A DNA stretch of 64,000 nt from an uncultured Acidobacteriota bacterium (GCA_963848695.1 CAWKEI010000010.1:160514-224513), one strand, 5' to 3'. Positions 48,587 to 58,417 are shown, counted from the stretch's first letter. Notes: a model not told the origin generated them from the sequence alone. A program made the numbers and translations.

Positions 48587-50042
48587 CAGGTCGTCCGAAC
48601 CACCTGGTCAGCGCGTCGAGAAGCTCTGCGTCCGTGAGGTCTCCAACCCAGGCAACATGGCCGTCGGGCCGAATCAATACAGCCGGGGGCGCGGTGACTT
48701 CGCCGATGACCGGGAGCTCCCACACGCCGTCGTGTCTGGCCTCGACCAACCGAACTCGATCCGCCCATGGAGCGATGTCGAAACCGCTGGGCTCACCGAG
48801 GTCGAGGAGCACGGGCCGGGCGTCGTGTAGCAGGTCGAATGCGCGCGTTGGACCGTCGGCGGTGACGAGATCGAGGTCGGGCATGCGCCGCCCGAGCAGC
48901 GGGTTCCCCTCGCCGAGGTCGTAGTGGATGTCGAGACCGGAGATCATCCCGGCGATGCGCTTGCGCGGCTCGTCCATGCTCAGCATTTCGAGCATGCTGT
49001 CGCGGAGCGCCTGGCTCCGCTCGTCGATCCGGACGAGCGCGACCTGAGCCATGGTGTTCTGCAACACCCGGGCACCGACCGGATGCCGTTCGGCGTGGTA
49101 GGTGTCGAGGAGGCTTTCGGGTGATGTCTCGTTGACCACCTGGGCCAGTTTCCATCCCAGGTTCACGGCATCCTGCACGCCCGTGTTCAGGCCCTGACCC
49201 CCTTGCGGGCCATGGACGTGTGCGGCATCGCCTGCGAGCAGCACGCGTCCCTCGCGATAGGACGCTGCCTGGCGGCACATGTCGGTAAACCGGGAGATCC
49301 AGGTGGGACTGTGCACCCCGTAGTCGGTTCCGTAGGCGGCGACGAGCGTCTCGCGCAGGTACTGCAGGGTGGGCTCGCCGGTGTGTTCGATCTCCTTCTC
49401 GAGCAATACGACCCCGTACGGGTTTCCACCCTCCTCCCGGTTGACGGGGCCGATGCCGCCACCCTCCGGGCGCATGCCGATCTCCGGCTCCTCGTCCATC
49501 TCGACCTGGGCGATCAGGTAGCTGGTGGTCGGGTCCCAGCCCGGGAAGTCGATGCCGGCCGTCTTGCGCACCAAGCTGCGTCCCCCATCGCACCCGATGA
49601 GATATTGGGATCGGAGTGTCGTGTCGTCGGACAGCTCGACATCGACGCCGCTGTCGTTCTGCATGAGGCCCACCACCTCGCGGCGGCGGTGGATCGGCAC
49701 CCCGAGCTCTTCGACCCAGCCGGCCAGGATGGGCTCGATGCGGCTTTGCCAGAGCGCCAGTATGTAGTTGTGGCGGGTTGGGAAGTCGCTGATGTCCAGG
49801 AAGGTCCCGGCATAGCCGACGAACGGATGCACCTGGCCCTCGGAGAGGAAGCGTTCCGCGATGCCACGCTGGTCGAGCACTTCGATGGTGCGGGAGTGGA
49901 GACCGCCGGCCCGCGATCCGTCGACCTCCTGGCCGACGCGTCGTTCGACGATGACGACGTCGACCCCCGCCAACGCCAGCTCGCCCGCCAGCATCAGCCC
50001 GGTCGGGCCGCCTCCTGCGATCACCACCTCGTGCTCGGTCAC
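48582..50042 (-). CDS. FAD-dependent aromatic-ring monooxygenase (PheA/TfdB, group A flavoprotein hydroxylase)
   Basis: GTG 50042 'VTEHEVVIAGGGPTGLMLAGELA', 'LIGCDGGRSLVR', 'RVLLAGDAAHVHGPQGGQGLNTG.QDA', thioredoxin-like C-terminal domain. Confidence 0.85.
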   Translation of the reverse strand: MTEHEVVIAGGGPTGLMLAGELALAGVDVVIVERRVGQEVDGSRAGGLHSRTIEVLDQRGIAERFLSEGQVHPFVGYAGTFLDISDFPTRHNYILALWQSRIEPILAGWVEELGVPIHRRREVVGLMQNDSGVDVELSDDTTLRSQYLIGCDGGRSLVRKTAGIDFPGWDPTTSYLIAQVEMDEEPEIGMRPEGGGIGPVNREEGGNPYGVVLLEKEIEHTGEPTLQYLRETLVAAYGTDYGVHSPTWISRFTDMCRQAASYREGRVLLAGDAAHVHGPQGGQGLNTGVQDAVNLGWKLAQVVNETSPESLLDTYHAERHPVGARVLQNTMAQVALVRIDERSQALRDSMLEMLSMDEPRKRIAGMISGLDIHYDLGEGNPLLGRRMPDLDLVTADGPTRAFDLLHDARPVLLDLGEPSGFDIAPWADRVRLVEARHDGVWELPVIGEVTAPPAVLIRPDGHVAWVGDLTDAELLDALTRWFGRPA

Positions 50043-50058
50043 GCTTGTTGACGTGGCA

Positions 50059-51498
50059 CTAGCCCTCTTCCCGGAGCACGAATACCACGGTCTGCAGATC
50101 GGTGAACTCGTCGATCCGCTGGCGGCCCCACCCGGTATCGGTCCCCGCCGCCCCACCGAACGGCTGGAAGGTCTCCCAGAAATCGGTCGAATCGTTGACC
50201 ACGACCGTGCCGGAGCGGATCCGGTCGGCGTACCAGAACGCCTTGGTCAAGTCGTTGGTGAACACCGCTGCTTGGAGCCCGAGATGCGTCCTGTTGGCGA
50301 CTGCGACCGCCTCTTCGTCATCACTTGCGCTGAGGATGGGCAGCACCGGCCCGAATGACTCCTCCTGCGCCACTTCCGAAGCCTCGGGCACACGGTCGAG
50401 GATGGTGAAGTCGTAGTAGAGGTCCGTAGGGAAACCGGGCGCCCGCGTTCCTCCCATCAGCAACTCGGCACCTTTGTCGATGGCATCGGCGATGTGGCGG
50501 TCCATCTTGGCTGCCGTGGGCTCGTTGTTGAGGGGGCCCATGTTGGTGGCCTCGTCGAACGGATCCCCGAGTCGCACCTGCTCGGCTGCCTTCAGCGAAG
50601 CCTCGACGAACTCGTCGTGCACATCGTCGATGACGATGACTCTCTCCGTGGCCACGCAGACCTGTCCGGCGTTGTAGTAGGCGCCGTAGACCGCCGCTTC
50701 CGCGGCCTTGGCAACATCGGCATCGGCGGTGACCACCGTCGGGCCGTTGCCCGACATCTCCATGATCGACCGCTTGAGACCCATCACCGAGACGATCTTC
50801 TTCCCGGTTGCCGATGATCCGGTGAAGCCGACGGCGTCGACGCCTGCGTGGGTCACCAGCTGGGTGCCAATGTCGCCGGCGCCGGGAATCACCTGGATGG
50901 CGCCCTTTGGCGCACCCGCCTCCTCGAAGACGCGGGCCATCTCGAGCAGGGCCCACGAGGTGAACTCGGGCGGCTTGACGATGACCGCGTTGCCCGTGGC
51001 GAGACCCGGCCCGACGTACTCCATCGGGATCATGACCGGGAAGTTCCAGGGTGTGATCGCCACCCACACCCCGACCGGGCGCCGAACCGTGAACATGCGC
51101 CGATGACGGCTGGTGGTCGGGATCAGCTCCCCCTTCAGCCGCTTGACATCCTCGGCCGCGATCTGGAAGTAGTCGCCGGACTCTGCGATGTCGTCCTTGG
51201 CCTCCGCCTCGAAGGGTTTGCCCTGCTCCATCGAGAGAATGCGGGCGACCTCATCGACCCGGGTCTGCCAGAGGTCGTAGATGCGAAGACACAGTTCGGC
51301 GCGCTCGAAGGCGGTCCAGTGACGCATCTCCTCGGTTGCCTCTCTCGCCGCCGTCACGGCCCGATCGATGTCGGCAGCCGAGGCTTTGGGGACGTTGTAC
51401 AGGTGTTCTCCGGTCGAGGGCGAATGGACTTCGTAATGGTCCTCTCCGGTCCCTTCGGTCCATTCACCGGCAATGAAGAGATCGAGGTCTTTCGCCAT
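50059..51498 (-). CDS. NAD(P)-dependent aldehyde dehydrogenase
   Basis: 'ITPWNFP', 'FTGSSATGKKI', 'MEMSGNGP', 'GQVCVATERV', 'EESFGPV'. Confidence 0.9.
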   Translation of the reverse strand: MAKDLDLFIAGEWTEGTGEDHYEVHSPSTGEHLYNVPKASAADIDRAVTAAREATEEMRHWTAFERAELCLRIYDLWQTRVDEVARILSMEQGKPFEAEAKDDIAESGDYFQIAAEDVKRLKGELIPTTSRHRRMFTVRRPVGVWVAITPWNFPVMIPMEYVGPGLATGNAVIVKPPEFTSWALLEMARVFEEAGAPKGAIQVIPGAGDIGTQLVTHAGVDAVGFTGSSATGKKIVSVMGLKRSIMEMSGNGPTVVTADADVAKAAEAAVYGAYYNAGQVCVATERVIVIDDVHDEFVEASLKAAEQVRLGDPFDEATNMGPLNNEPTAAKMDRHIADAIDKGAELLMGGTRAPGFPTDLYYDFTILDRVPEASEVAQEESFGPVLPILSASDDEEAVAVANRTHLGLQAAVFTNDLTKAFWYADRIRSGTVVVNDSTDFWETFQPFGGAAGTDTGWGRQRIDEFTDLQTVVFVLREEG

Positions 51499-51556
51499 CC
51501 CACAACGGTAACCCGAATCGGGGCCGGGCTGAATGGCGGTTCAGTAGCATGGCCAA

Positions 51557-52867
51557 ATGAGCCTCCAGGGAGATCAGACCAGGCAGTGGTACGAGAGGGC
51601 GAGCAAGGTCCTCGTCAACGGAGTGTCGAGCCAGTTCCGGTATTGGGGGCCCGACGACACCCTGGTCATCGATCACGGCGAGGCGGGGCACCTAGTCGAC
51701 ATGGACGGCAAGCACTACATCGATTACCAGTGCGGGTTTGGGCCGGTCATCCTCGGCCACGGCGATCCCGACGTGTGGAATGCCGTCGTCGAGACCGCCG
51801 GCCAGGCAACCAGCTTCGCCATGACCCAGCGTCGGGAGGTCGAGGCGGCGGAGAAGGTGATGACGGCGCTCGAATGGCCGGACGCGATGCGATTCTCCAA
51901 CACCGGCACCGAGGCGACGATGCACGCCATCAGGCTGGCCCGTGGGCTGACCGGGCGCGACGTCGTGATCAAGTTCGAGGGTCAATACCACGGTATGCAC
52001 GACTACGTGCTCTTCTCCACCGCCGGAGTGCCGGTAGAAGGCCTCGGCTCTCGTTTTCGCCCCATCGCGCTCCAGTCGAGCTCGGGCATCCCCGAGTCGA
52101 TCAGGTCGCTGGTCCGCACCTTGCCCTTCAACGACCTCGAGCTGGTGGAACGGGCTTTCAAAGACGAAGGACATCAGATCGCTGCGGTGATCGTCGAGCC
52201 GATGCTGGGCAACGCCTTCGGGATCATGCCTCTGCCCGGGTTCCTCGAAGGGCTGAGGCGTCTTTGCGACGAGAACGGCTCGTTGCTCATCTTCGACGAG
52301 GTGAAGACCGGTTTCAGGGTGGCCTATGGCGGCGCCTGTGAGTGCTTCGGGGTGAAACCCGATATCGGGACCTACGCCAAGGCGATGGGCAATGGTTACC
52401 CGGTGGCGGCGATCGCGATGACCGACAAGGTGGCCGACGGTTGGCGATCCTCGGGGATCGCCCAGGCCGGGACCTACTCGGGCAATGGCATCGGCGTCGC
52501 TGCGGCCGCGGCCACCATCGACAAACTCGCCACCGGCGAACCGCATGCCAGGATCGAGAAGGTCGGTCGGAGTCTGATGGAGGGGATCGAGAAGGTGCTC
52601 GCCGAGCGTGGCGTGGAGGGCAGTGCCACCGGGCACCCTTCGATGTTCTCCGTGTTCATCGGCGAGGGCAGTCTCCATGAGTTCCGGGACACCTCCAAGC
52701 ACAACGAGCCGCTCTACGAAGAGATCCTGTTCGCGATGATCCGTCGCGGCGTGATGCCATGCCCGGACGCCCTCGAGCCTTGGTTCGTCTGTGCCGCCCA
52801 CACCGATGAGGACGTGGCGAAGACTCTTGAGGTGTTCGACGAGTCCTTGGTGGAGGCGCTCGGCTGA
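51557..52867 (+). CDS. class III aminotransferase, glutamate-1-semialdehyde aminomutase-like
   Basis: 'NTGTEATMHAIRLARG', 'LLIFDEVKTGFR', 'GTYAKAMGNGYP' (PLP Lys). Confidence 0.85.
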   Translation: MSLQGDQTRQWYERASKVLVNGVSSQFRYWGPDDTLVIDHGEAGHLVDMDGKHYIDYQCGFGPVILGHGDPDVWNAVVETAGQATSFAMTQRREVEAAEKVMTALEWPDAMRFSNTGTEATMHAIRLARGLTGRDVVIKFEGQYHGMHDYVLFSTAGVPVEGLGSRFRPIALQSSSGIPESIRSLVRTLPFNDLELVERAFKDEGHQIAAVIVEPMLGNAFGIMPLPGFLEGLRRLCDENGSLLIFDEVKTGFRVAYGGACECFGVKPDIGTYAKAMGNGYPVAAIAMTDKVADGWRSSGIAQAGTYSGNGIGVAAAAATIDKLATGEPHARIEKVGRSLMEGIEKVLAERGVEGSATGHPSMFSVFIGEGSLHEFRDTSKHNEPLYEEILFAMIRRGVMPCPDALEPWFVCAAHTDEDVAKTLEVFDESLVEALG

Positions 52868-52886
52868 CGCCACCTAACGTGAGCTG

Positions 52887-53636
52887 ATGATTCGAGTTGC
52901 CATCTCCGGCGCCGGCGGCAAGCTGGCGACGCCCATCGCAGACGCCGTCGTCGACTCCGATGACCTCCAGCTCACCGCGCTCTACAACCCGAATCGGGCC
53001 GGGTCCGAGATGCATGGCGTGACCGTCACCGGGGCGCCTTCCGAGGTAGATGCGGATGTCGTCGTCGAGACCGCCCATCCTGATGTGGTCATCGACAACC
53101 TGAAGAGCTGGCGGGAGAAGGGTGTTGCCGCAGTTGTCGGCACATCCGGCTTCACGCCCGAACGACTGGAACAACTGCGGGGGATCTGGGGGACCGACGG
53201 CCCCGCCGCACTCGTAGTCCCCAATTTCTCGATCGGGGCGGTGCTCATGATGAGGTACGCCGCCGAGGCGGCGTCACATTTCGAGGCAGTGGAGATCATC
53301 GAGCGTCACCACTCGACCAAGCCTGATGCACCTTCGGGCACGGCGCTGGCCACCGCCATGGGGGTGGCCTCGGGAGGTGGCGTGTCGGCCCGGGAATCAG
53401 CGGAGCTGGTCGAGGGAGCCCGTGGTGCGGACGTGGAAGGAGTGCGGGTACACGCGGTTCGGCTGCCCGGCCTCATCTCCCAACAAGAGGTGGTGTTGTC
53501 CAATCTCGGCGAGGTGCTGTCCATCGAGCATCTCTCCACCAGCTACCAATCCTTCGCCTCTGGCGCTCTCATCGCGATCCGCGGGGTCGGCGGTCTCTCA
53601 CCCGGTGTACATCTCGGGCTCGACGCGGTCCTCTGA
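52887..53636 (+). CDS. dapB: 4-hydroxy-tetrahydrodipicolinate reductase
   Basis: 'IRVAISGAGGKL', 'EIIERHHSTKPDAPSGTA', 'HAVRLPGLI..QEV'. Confidence 0.9.
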   Translation: MIRVAISGAGGKLATPIADAVVDSDDLQLTALYNPNRAGSEMHGVTVTGAPSEVDADVVVETAHPDVVIDNLKSWREKGVAAVVGTSGFTPERLEQLRGIWGTDGPAALVVPNFSIGAVLMMRYAAEAASHFEAVEIIERHHSTKPDAPSGTALATAMGVASGGGVSARESAELVEGARGADVEGVRVHAVRLPGLISQQEVVLSNLGEVLSIEHLSTSYQSFASGALIAIRGVGGLSPGVHLGLDAVL

Positions 53637-53647
53637 AAGACGCGGCG

Positions 53648-54142
53648 TCACATGCCGGTGGGCAGGTCTCCCGTGGGGAGGTCGGGGAAGAACGAATAGA
53701 CCCGCTCGCCAGTGAACAGTTGGGATTCGGCGTCCCAGGGGAAGAAGATCACGTTGCGCCAAACCATCTTCTCCCCGTTCGGCTCCATACCCAGCCAAGC
53801 AGCGGAGAAGGTGCCATTGACCACGGCCTCCTCGCAGACACCCTGTGGCCCGACCACGATGCTGGTCAGGGCGAAGTCGATATCGGGGAAGGCGGTGAGC
53901 AGCTCGAGGTAGAACCGGGTCGCTCCCTCTTTCCCCTCCCAGCGGTGACCGGTCTGCACGAGCTCGTAGACACAGTCGTCGGTCAGGGTTGCCATGAGCC
54001 CGGCGATGTCCCTGGCGTCTTCCGCCAGTGAGTGCGACTTCCACAGCTCCCGCACTGCCACATAGTCGTCTGGGGTCTGCGCCAGCAGGTCGCGAACGTG
54101 CTGGCGCTTGTCGAGTGACTCCTGGATCAGTGCGTGAGTCAT
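53648..54142 (-). CDS. SnoaL/NTF2-like (ester cyclase-type) protein
   Basis: 164 aa; ATG 54142 lies 6 nt after AGGAGG. 'DDCVYE..' and 'G.F.AAWLGMEP.G' follow the SnoaL-like pattern. The rest of ORF 53648..54607 is Arg-rich artefact. Confidence 0.65.
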   Translation of the reverse strand: MTHALIQESLDKRQHVRDLLAQTPDDYVAVRELWKSHSLAEDARDIAGLMATLTDDCVYELVQTGHRWEGKEGATRFYLELLTAFPDIDFALTSIVVGPQGVCEEAVVNGTFSAAWLGMEPNGEKMVWRNVIFFPWDAESQLFTGERVYSFFPDLPTGDLPTGM

Positions 54143-54171
54143 GAACATCCTCCTGAGGCGAGGGTACCGCT

Positions 54172-54975
54172 TCAGAAGAAGAGGACTGTGGCCAGGCCGA
54201 TCACGAAGCAATAGATGGCAAACGGGTAGAGACCGATCCGGTTGATCGAGTTCATCATGAATGCGATGGCGAGATACCCGGACACGCCCGCAACAACCAT
54301 CCCCACCACCAACTCGGCAGTGAGCCCACTCGACTCGGGAAGGGCGAACAGCTGGCTGAAACCGGCCCCGGCGATGGCGGGGATGCCGAGGAGGAATGAG
54401 AAGCGAGCGGCCTCGGCTGGTTCGAAGCGACGCCCGTTTCCGGCCGCGATGGTCACCCCGGATCGTGAGATCCCCGGGATCAACGCGATGGCCTGGGCCA
54501 CTCCGACCACGATCGAATCCGGAATCCGACCTTCGAGCAGCTTCCTGGCCCCGGTGGCGAGCCGCTGGCCGATGACGAGGATGACGCCCGTGGCGACGAT
54601 CTGCCATCCAACCGCTGCTACCGACTCCTGAAGACTCTCGACCTGGTCGGCAAGGGGTAGGCCGATGAGGGCGGGGATGGTGCCAATGCCGACCAGCAGG
54701 GCGATCTTGCGCCCTTCAGGGTTGGTGCGGAATTGCAGGACGCTCATCACTTCGCGGCGGTAGTAGATGAGGACCGCGGCGAGAGTCCCCAGATGAAGGA
54801 CGGCGGACACCGCCAGCGACGGGGGCTGGATGTCCATCCCCATCTCGTTGAGGAAGGCGGGGATGATTATGAGATGGCCCGAGGACGACACGGGTAGGAA
54901 CTCGGTCAGGCCCTGGACGAGGCCCCAGATCACGGCGGCGAGCACGGCGGCACGGTAATGGTCAGGGTGGCGCAA
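54172..54975 (-). CDS. uppP: undecaprenyl-diphosphate phosphatase
   Basis: 'GLTEFLPVSSSGHL', 'PGISRSG.TI'. Confidence 0.9.
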   Translation of the reverse strand: MRHPDHYRAAVLAAVIWGLVQGLTEFLPVSSSGHLIIIPAFLNEMGMDIQPPSLAVSAVLHLGTLAAVLIYYRREVMSVLQFRTNPEGRKIALLVGIGTIPALIGLPLADQVESLQESVAAVGWQIVATGVILVIGQRLATGARKLLEGRIPDSIVVGVAQAIALIPGISRSGVTIAAGNGRRFEPAEAARFSFLLGIPAIAGAGFSQLFALPESSGLTAELVVGMVVAGVSGYLAIAFMMNSINRIGLYPFAIYCFVIGLATVLFF

Positions 54976-55480
54976 TCATGACCATGGCCCGGCCTTCACC
55001 GGCCGCTCTGGCGACCTCCGCCGCCCGCTCCGACTCCACGGCCACGAGTCCAGTTCCCGATCCGAGCGGGTCTTCGCCAGGATCCTCGACGACGACCCCG
55101 GCCGCGACGACGTCGCTGTCGAGGAGGACGATCTGAGCCGAATCGCCGCGATGGGCTCCCCGCGGTAGCGGCATCTCCAGGCTCCACCAGCCCCGTGGCA
55201 CCGCTTGGCCGGATTCACCCACGCCGGAAGCGAGCACCGGGTCGCCAGCGGGGATCGACTCCAAAGCGACCTGGTTCAACTCGACCGGAGTGAAGGTCCC
55301 GACCGGTACCGGCCGGGTCTCGGTGTTGGACTCGTCGACGATCATTCCGGCGGTTATGTCCTCGGCGGCGAATAGATGGGGGGTGGTCGATGCGGGGCGG
55401 AACTCGATCCAAACCGATACCGAGGCGATGAGGATCGCGACAGCCCAACGTGCCCACGGAGGCGACTGCAGCCAGATCAC
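54962..55480 (-). CDS. SAF-domain / CpaB-like membrane-anchored protein (start uncertain: GTG 55480 or TTG 55543)
   Basis: N-terminal TM 'WAVAILIASVSVW', then SAF-like 'AAEDITAGMIVDESN' and a beta-rich C-terminus. 14-nt overlap with the uppP start. Confidence 0.55.
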   Translation of the reverse strand: MIWLQSPPWARWAVAILIASVSVWIEFRPASTTPHLFAAEDITAGMIVDESNTETRPVPVGTFTPVELNQVALESIPAGDPVLASGVGESGQAVPRGWWSLEMPLPRGAHRGDSAQIVLLDSDVVAAGVVVEDPGEDPLGSGTGLVAVESERAAEVARAAGEGRAMVMIAPP

Positions 55481-55530
55481 TTTTCCGACCGTACGGAGCG
55501 CGAATCGGTGGGGGAAGTAGGTTGGCGCCC

Positions 55531-56352
55531 GTGACGGAGTCAACGAGCAAGATCCTGGTGGCTACTGGAATCGTCGCCCTCGTCGTCGGTCTGGTCGGCG
55601 GGATCATCGGCCTGGTCGTGGTCAACAACCTCTCCGACTTCCTCGTCGAGTCCGTTGGCATCTCCCAGTCCGTCGTGGGGGCAGTCGATGAGACGCTGGG
55701 CCTGATCGAGTCTGTCTCGGTGGACGTCGAAGAGGGGATCGGAGCGGCTTCGGCCAGTATCGCCGCCGCCGCCGAAGCAGTAGGGGCAACGGCGGCGGAG
55801 CTGGAGGGCCTCGCCGACTTCCTCGACGGCGAACTGCAGGCGAGCATCGAGGCTCTTCTCGGGACCATGCCTGCGGCGATTCAGACCGCCGGAGTCATCG
55901 ACAACACGCTGAGTGCGCTCTCTTTCGTTGGGGTCGACTACAACCCCGAGCAGCCATTTGATGAGTCCTTGGTTGCCGTCGAGGATGCACTCGACGGGAT
56001 CCCCGCCCAACTCGGCGAGCAGGCCGAGGCGATCAGGGCATTGGTGCCTGTATCCCAGCAATTCGCGGAAGATGCCGCAGCGACCGCTGAGTCGTTTGAC
56101 TCCCTCCAGACCCAGTTGCAGTCGAGCCAGCAGCTGATCGACTCGTACGACGAGGCCCTGGAACAAGCCCAAGCCGTGATCGAGCGAACCGCTTCATCGA
56201 TGACTACCACCACCTGGCTGCTCAGGTTGTTGGTGCTGTTCATGGCCGCGACCGGGGTGGCGCTCGGCTTCGGTTTTCTCACCCTGGGCCGGGAGGGCAG
56301 GGCCGCCGAGAGGATCGGCGTCAGCGGTTTCGACGACGACAGCGTCGGGTAG
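55531..56352 (+). CDS. hypothetical membrane protein, N- and C-terminal TM flanking a long acidic helical ectodomain
   Basis: GTG 55531 'VTESTSKILVATGIVALVVGLVGG'. Ala/Glu/Leu-rich helical repeats, then a C-terminal TM 'WLLRLLVLFMAATGVALGFGFL'. Confidence 0.55.
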   Translation: MTESTSKILVATGIVALVVGLVGGIIGLVVVNNLSDFLVESVGISQSVVGAVDETLGLIESVSVDVEEGIGAASASIAAAAEAVGATAAELEGLADFLDGELQASIEALLGTMPAAIQTAGVIDNTLSALSFVGVDYNPEQPFDESLVAVEDALDGIPAQLGEQAEAIRALVPVSQQFAEDAAATAESFDSLQTQLQSSQQLIDSYDEALEQAQAVIERTASSMTTTTWLLRLLVLFMAATGVALGFGFLTLGREGRAAERIGVSGFDDDSVG

Positions 56353-56460
56353 GTGGATAACGAGAGGTGCGTGGACCGCGATTCGTGAATCATCGGAGGC
56401 CACTGATATTCCACGAGTTGGGGTCCACCTCCTCCGTAGGACGCCATAGGAGGAGTGACC

Positions 56461-56598
56461 ATGGGCGACAAGAAGAAGACAAAGGTGGAGGAGACAATCG
56501 TCACACCCGAAACCCACTGGGTCCGGTCGACGATGATTCTGCTGCTCGTCGCAGCGCTTACGTTTGGTGTTTGGTACCTGGTCAGCGAACGGGGCTGA
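56461..56598 (+). CDS. small membrane protein, 45 aa (below ORF-track cutoff)
   Basis: ATG 56461 is preceded by 'ataGGAGGAgtgacc'. The product is 'MGDKKKTKVEETIVTPETHWVRSTMILLLVAALTFGVWYLVSERG': a basic N-terminus, one TM, GC3-rich. Confidence 0.5.
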   Translation: MGDKKKTKVEETIVTPETHWVRSTMILLLVAALTFGVWYLVSERG

Positions 56599-56607
56599 CC
56601 CCGTCGT

Positions 56608-56913
56608 TCAGTCCGAGGTAGGAGAACTGCCCGAAGAGGAGCTACCCGAAGAGGCAGTGGTCGAGCCGGTAGTAGATGGCTCGCTCTTCTTGGAGTCGGC
56701 CTTCTTGGCCGGCTCGCTCTTTTTTGCGGTTTTAGAGGAGCGGGAGTCGGTCGAGTAGAAGCCCGATCCCTTGAACACCACGCCACGGGCGTGGAAGACC
56801 TTCTGAAGCTCCCCGCCGCACTCCTGGTGCTTGCGCAGCGGCTTCTCCGAGAACGACTGAAAAACGTCGATGTTCTCGCCGCAGCGCTTACAGGTGTACT
56901 CGTAGGTAGGCAT
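56608..56913 (-). CDS. FmdB-family zinc-ribbon protein
   Basis: ATG 56913 'MPTYEYTCKRCG..(23)..CGGEL', 'KGSGFYSTD', Ser/Lys-rich tail. Confidence 0.8.
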   Translation of the reverse strand: MPTYEYTCKRCGENIDVFQSFSEKPLRKHQECGGELQKVFHARGVVFKGSGFYSTDSRSSKTAKKSEPAKKADSKKSEPSTTGSTTASSGSSSSGSSPTSD

Positions 56914-57002
56914 GACCGACTTCTGACCGCTTGGTGGGGTGGAGGCGAATTCTACAACCGGGACAGTGGGTCTTCCATTCCTCTGCAATATGATCGGCCC
57001 TC

Positions 57003-57608
57003 ATGTCGCCCGCCGTCGCCCTGCCGCTGGCGATCATCGCCGCATATCTCATCGGGAGCATTGACTTCGCGGTGATCGTGGGCCGGATGCATGGGGTCGA
57101 CATCCACAAGGAGGGGAGCGGCAATCCTGGGATGTCCAACGTCCTCCGCACCGTGGGACGGGTGCCGGCCGCCATGGTCTTCATCGGGGACACGCTGAAG
57201 GGGACGATCGGTGCCGCGATGGGTTGGGTGGCTTCTGGCTCCCCCGATCCGGCGGTCCATTGGGCTTTTCTGGCCGGCTTGGCCGCGGTCGTGGGTCATT
57301 GCTACCCGATTTTCCATCGCTTCAGGGGCGGGAAAGGGGTGGCTACCGGCGGTGGTGTCCTCCTCTTCACCGTCCCGGTCGTCGCCGTCATCGAGATCGC
57401 CATTTGGTTCCTGATCTTCTGGCTCACCAAGACCGCCTCCATCGGTTCGATGGTCATCGTCGTCATCACCATCCCGATGCTGATCTGGCAGGGTGTGACC
57501 GGTCTGGCCCTGGTCTGGGTGGCGCTGATCATCGCCCTGGTGGTATGGCGCCATCGCGGGAACATCCGGCGAATGGCGTCGGGCAGCGAGGAGAAGGTCG
57601 CGACGTGA
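57003..57608 (+). CDS. plsY: glycerol-3-phosphate acyltransferase PlsY
   Basis: 'GSGNPGMSNVLR', 'GHCYPIFHRFRGGKGVATG'. Confidence 0.9.
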   Translation: MSPAVALPLAIIAAYLIGSIDFAVIVGRMHGVDIHKEGSGNPGMSNVLRTVGRVPAAMVFIGDTLKGTIGAAMGWVASGSPDPAVHWAFLAGLAAVVGHCYPIFHRFRGGKGVATGGGVLLFTVPVVAVIEIAIWFLIFWLTKTASIGSMVIVVITIPMLIWQGVTGLALVWVALIIALVVWRHRGNIRRMASGSEEKVAT

Positions 57609-58417
57609 GCATCGACGTAGCTGTCATCCCCGCGGCCGGGCGGGGCACCAGGATGAGACCGGCAACCCGCGTGGTGCCGAAGGCCTTGCTGACCGTGATC
57701 GATCGTCCCGCCATCCAATACGCCGTGGAGGAGGCGGCTCGAGCCGGTGCCAAGGAGGCGGTGGTCGTCGTCGACCTCGACGCAGGCCATCTCCTCGCTC
57801 AGCACTTCAACATCGAGGGCCCCCTCCCCGGTCTCGAAGACATCCAGCTTCGCCCCGTAGTGCAGGAGGAGCCGCTCGGCCTCGGCCACGCCGTCAACGA
57901 GGCCGCCCACATGGTCGCGGGCCGGCCCTTCTACTGCCTTCTCTCCGACAACATCGTCCGCCCCGGCCACGATGTGCTGGCGCATCTCGGGGAGGGGAGC
58001 CGGGACGGCGCGGTATCGGTGATGTGCCTCCGCGAGCTGACCGACGAGTTTCTCAGCAAGTACGGAGTCGTCGTTCCTGCTTCCGAGGTGAAGGATCGCT
58101 ACCTCGACCTGGCCGGGGCCGTGGAGAAGCCGGGGGCGGCCAATGCCCCGTCCCGGCTGGGGCTGGTCGGTCGCTATCTGTTCACCCCCGAGGTCTTCGA
58201 GATCCTGGGCCGGCTCGAGCCCGGTCATGGCGGTGAGATCCAGCTGACCGATGCCATCAACGGGCTCGGCGTGAATGGTCGGTTGCGTGGCTACGTCGCC
58301 GAGGAGGACCTGCTCGACGTCGGTACCCCGATCGGTCTCCTCGAGGCGTCGGTGGAATTGGGCGAGCACGAGTTCGGGCAGGAGTTCAGTGCCTGGTTGA
58401 AGGAGCGCAGCCGGTGA
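57605..58417 (+). CDS. galU: UTP-glucose-1-phosphate uridylyltransferase
   Basis: GTG 57605 (GTGA with the plsY stop); 'AVIPAAGRGTRMRPATRVVPKALL', 'VEKP', 'GRY.F.P.VF'. Confidence 0.88.
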   Translation: MSIDVAVIPAAGRGTRMRPATRVVPKALLTVIDRPAIQYAVEEAARAGAKEAVVVVDLDAGHLLAQHFNIEGPLPGLEDIQLRPVVQEEPLGLGHAVNEAAHMVAGRPFYCLLSDNIVRPGHDVLAHLGEGSRDGAVSVMCLRELTDEFLSKYGVVVPASEVKDRYLDLAGAVEKPGAANAPSRLGLVGRYLFTPEVFEILGRLEPGHGGEIQLTDAINGLGVNGRLRGYVAEEDLLDVGTPIGLLEASVELGEHEFGQEFSAWLKERSR

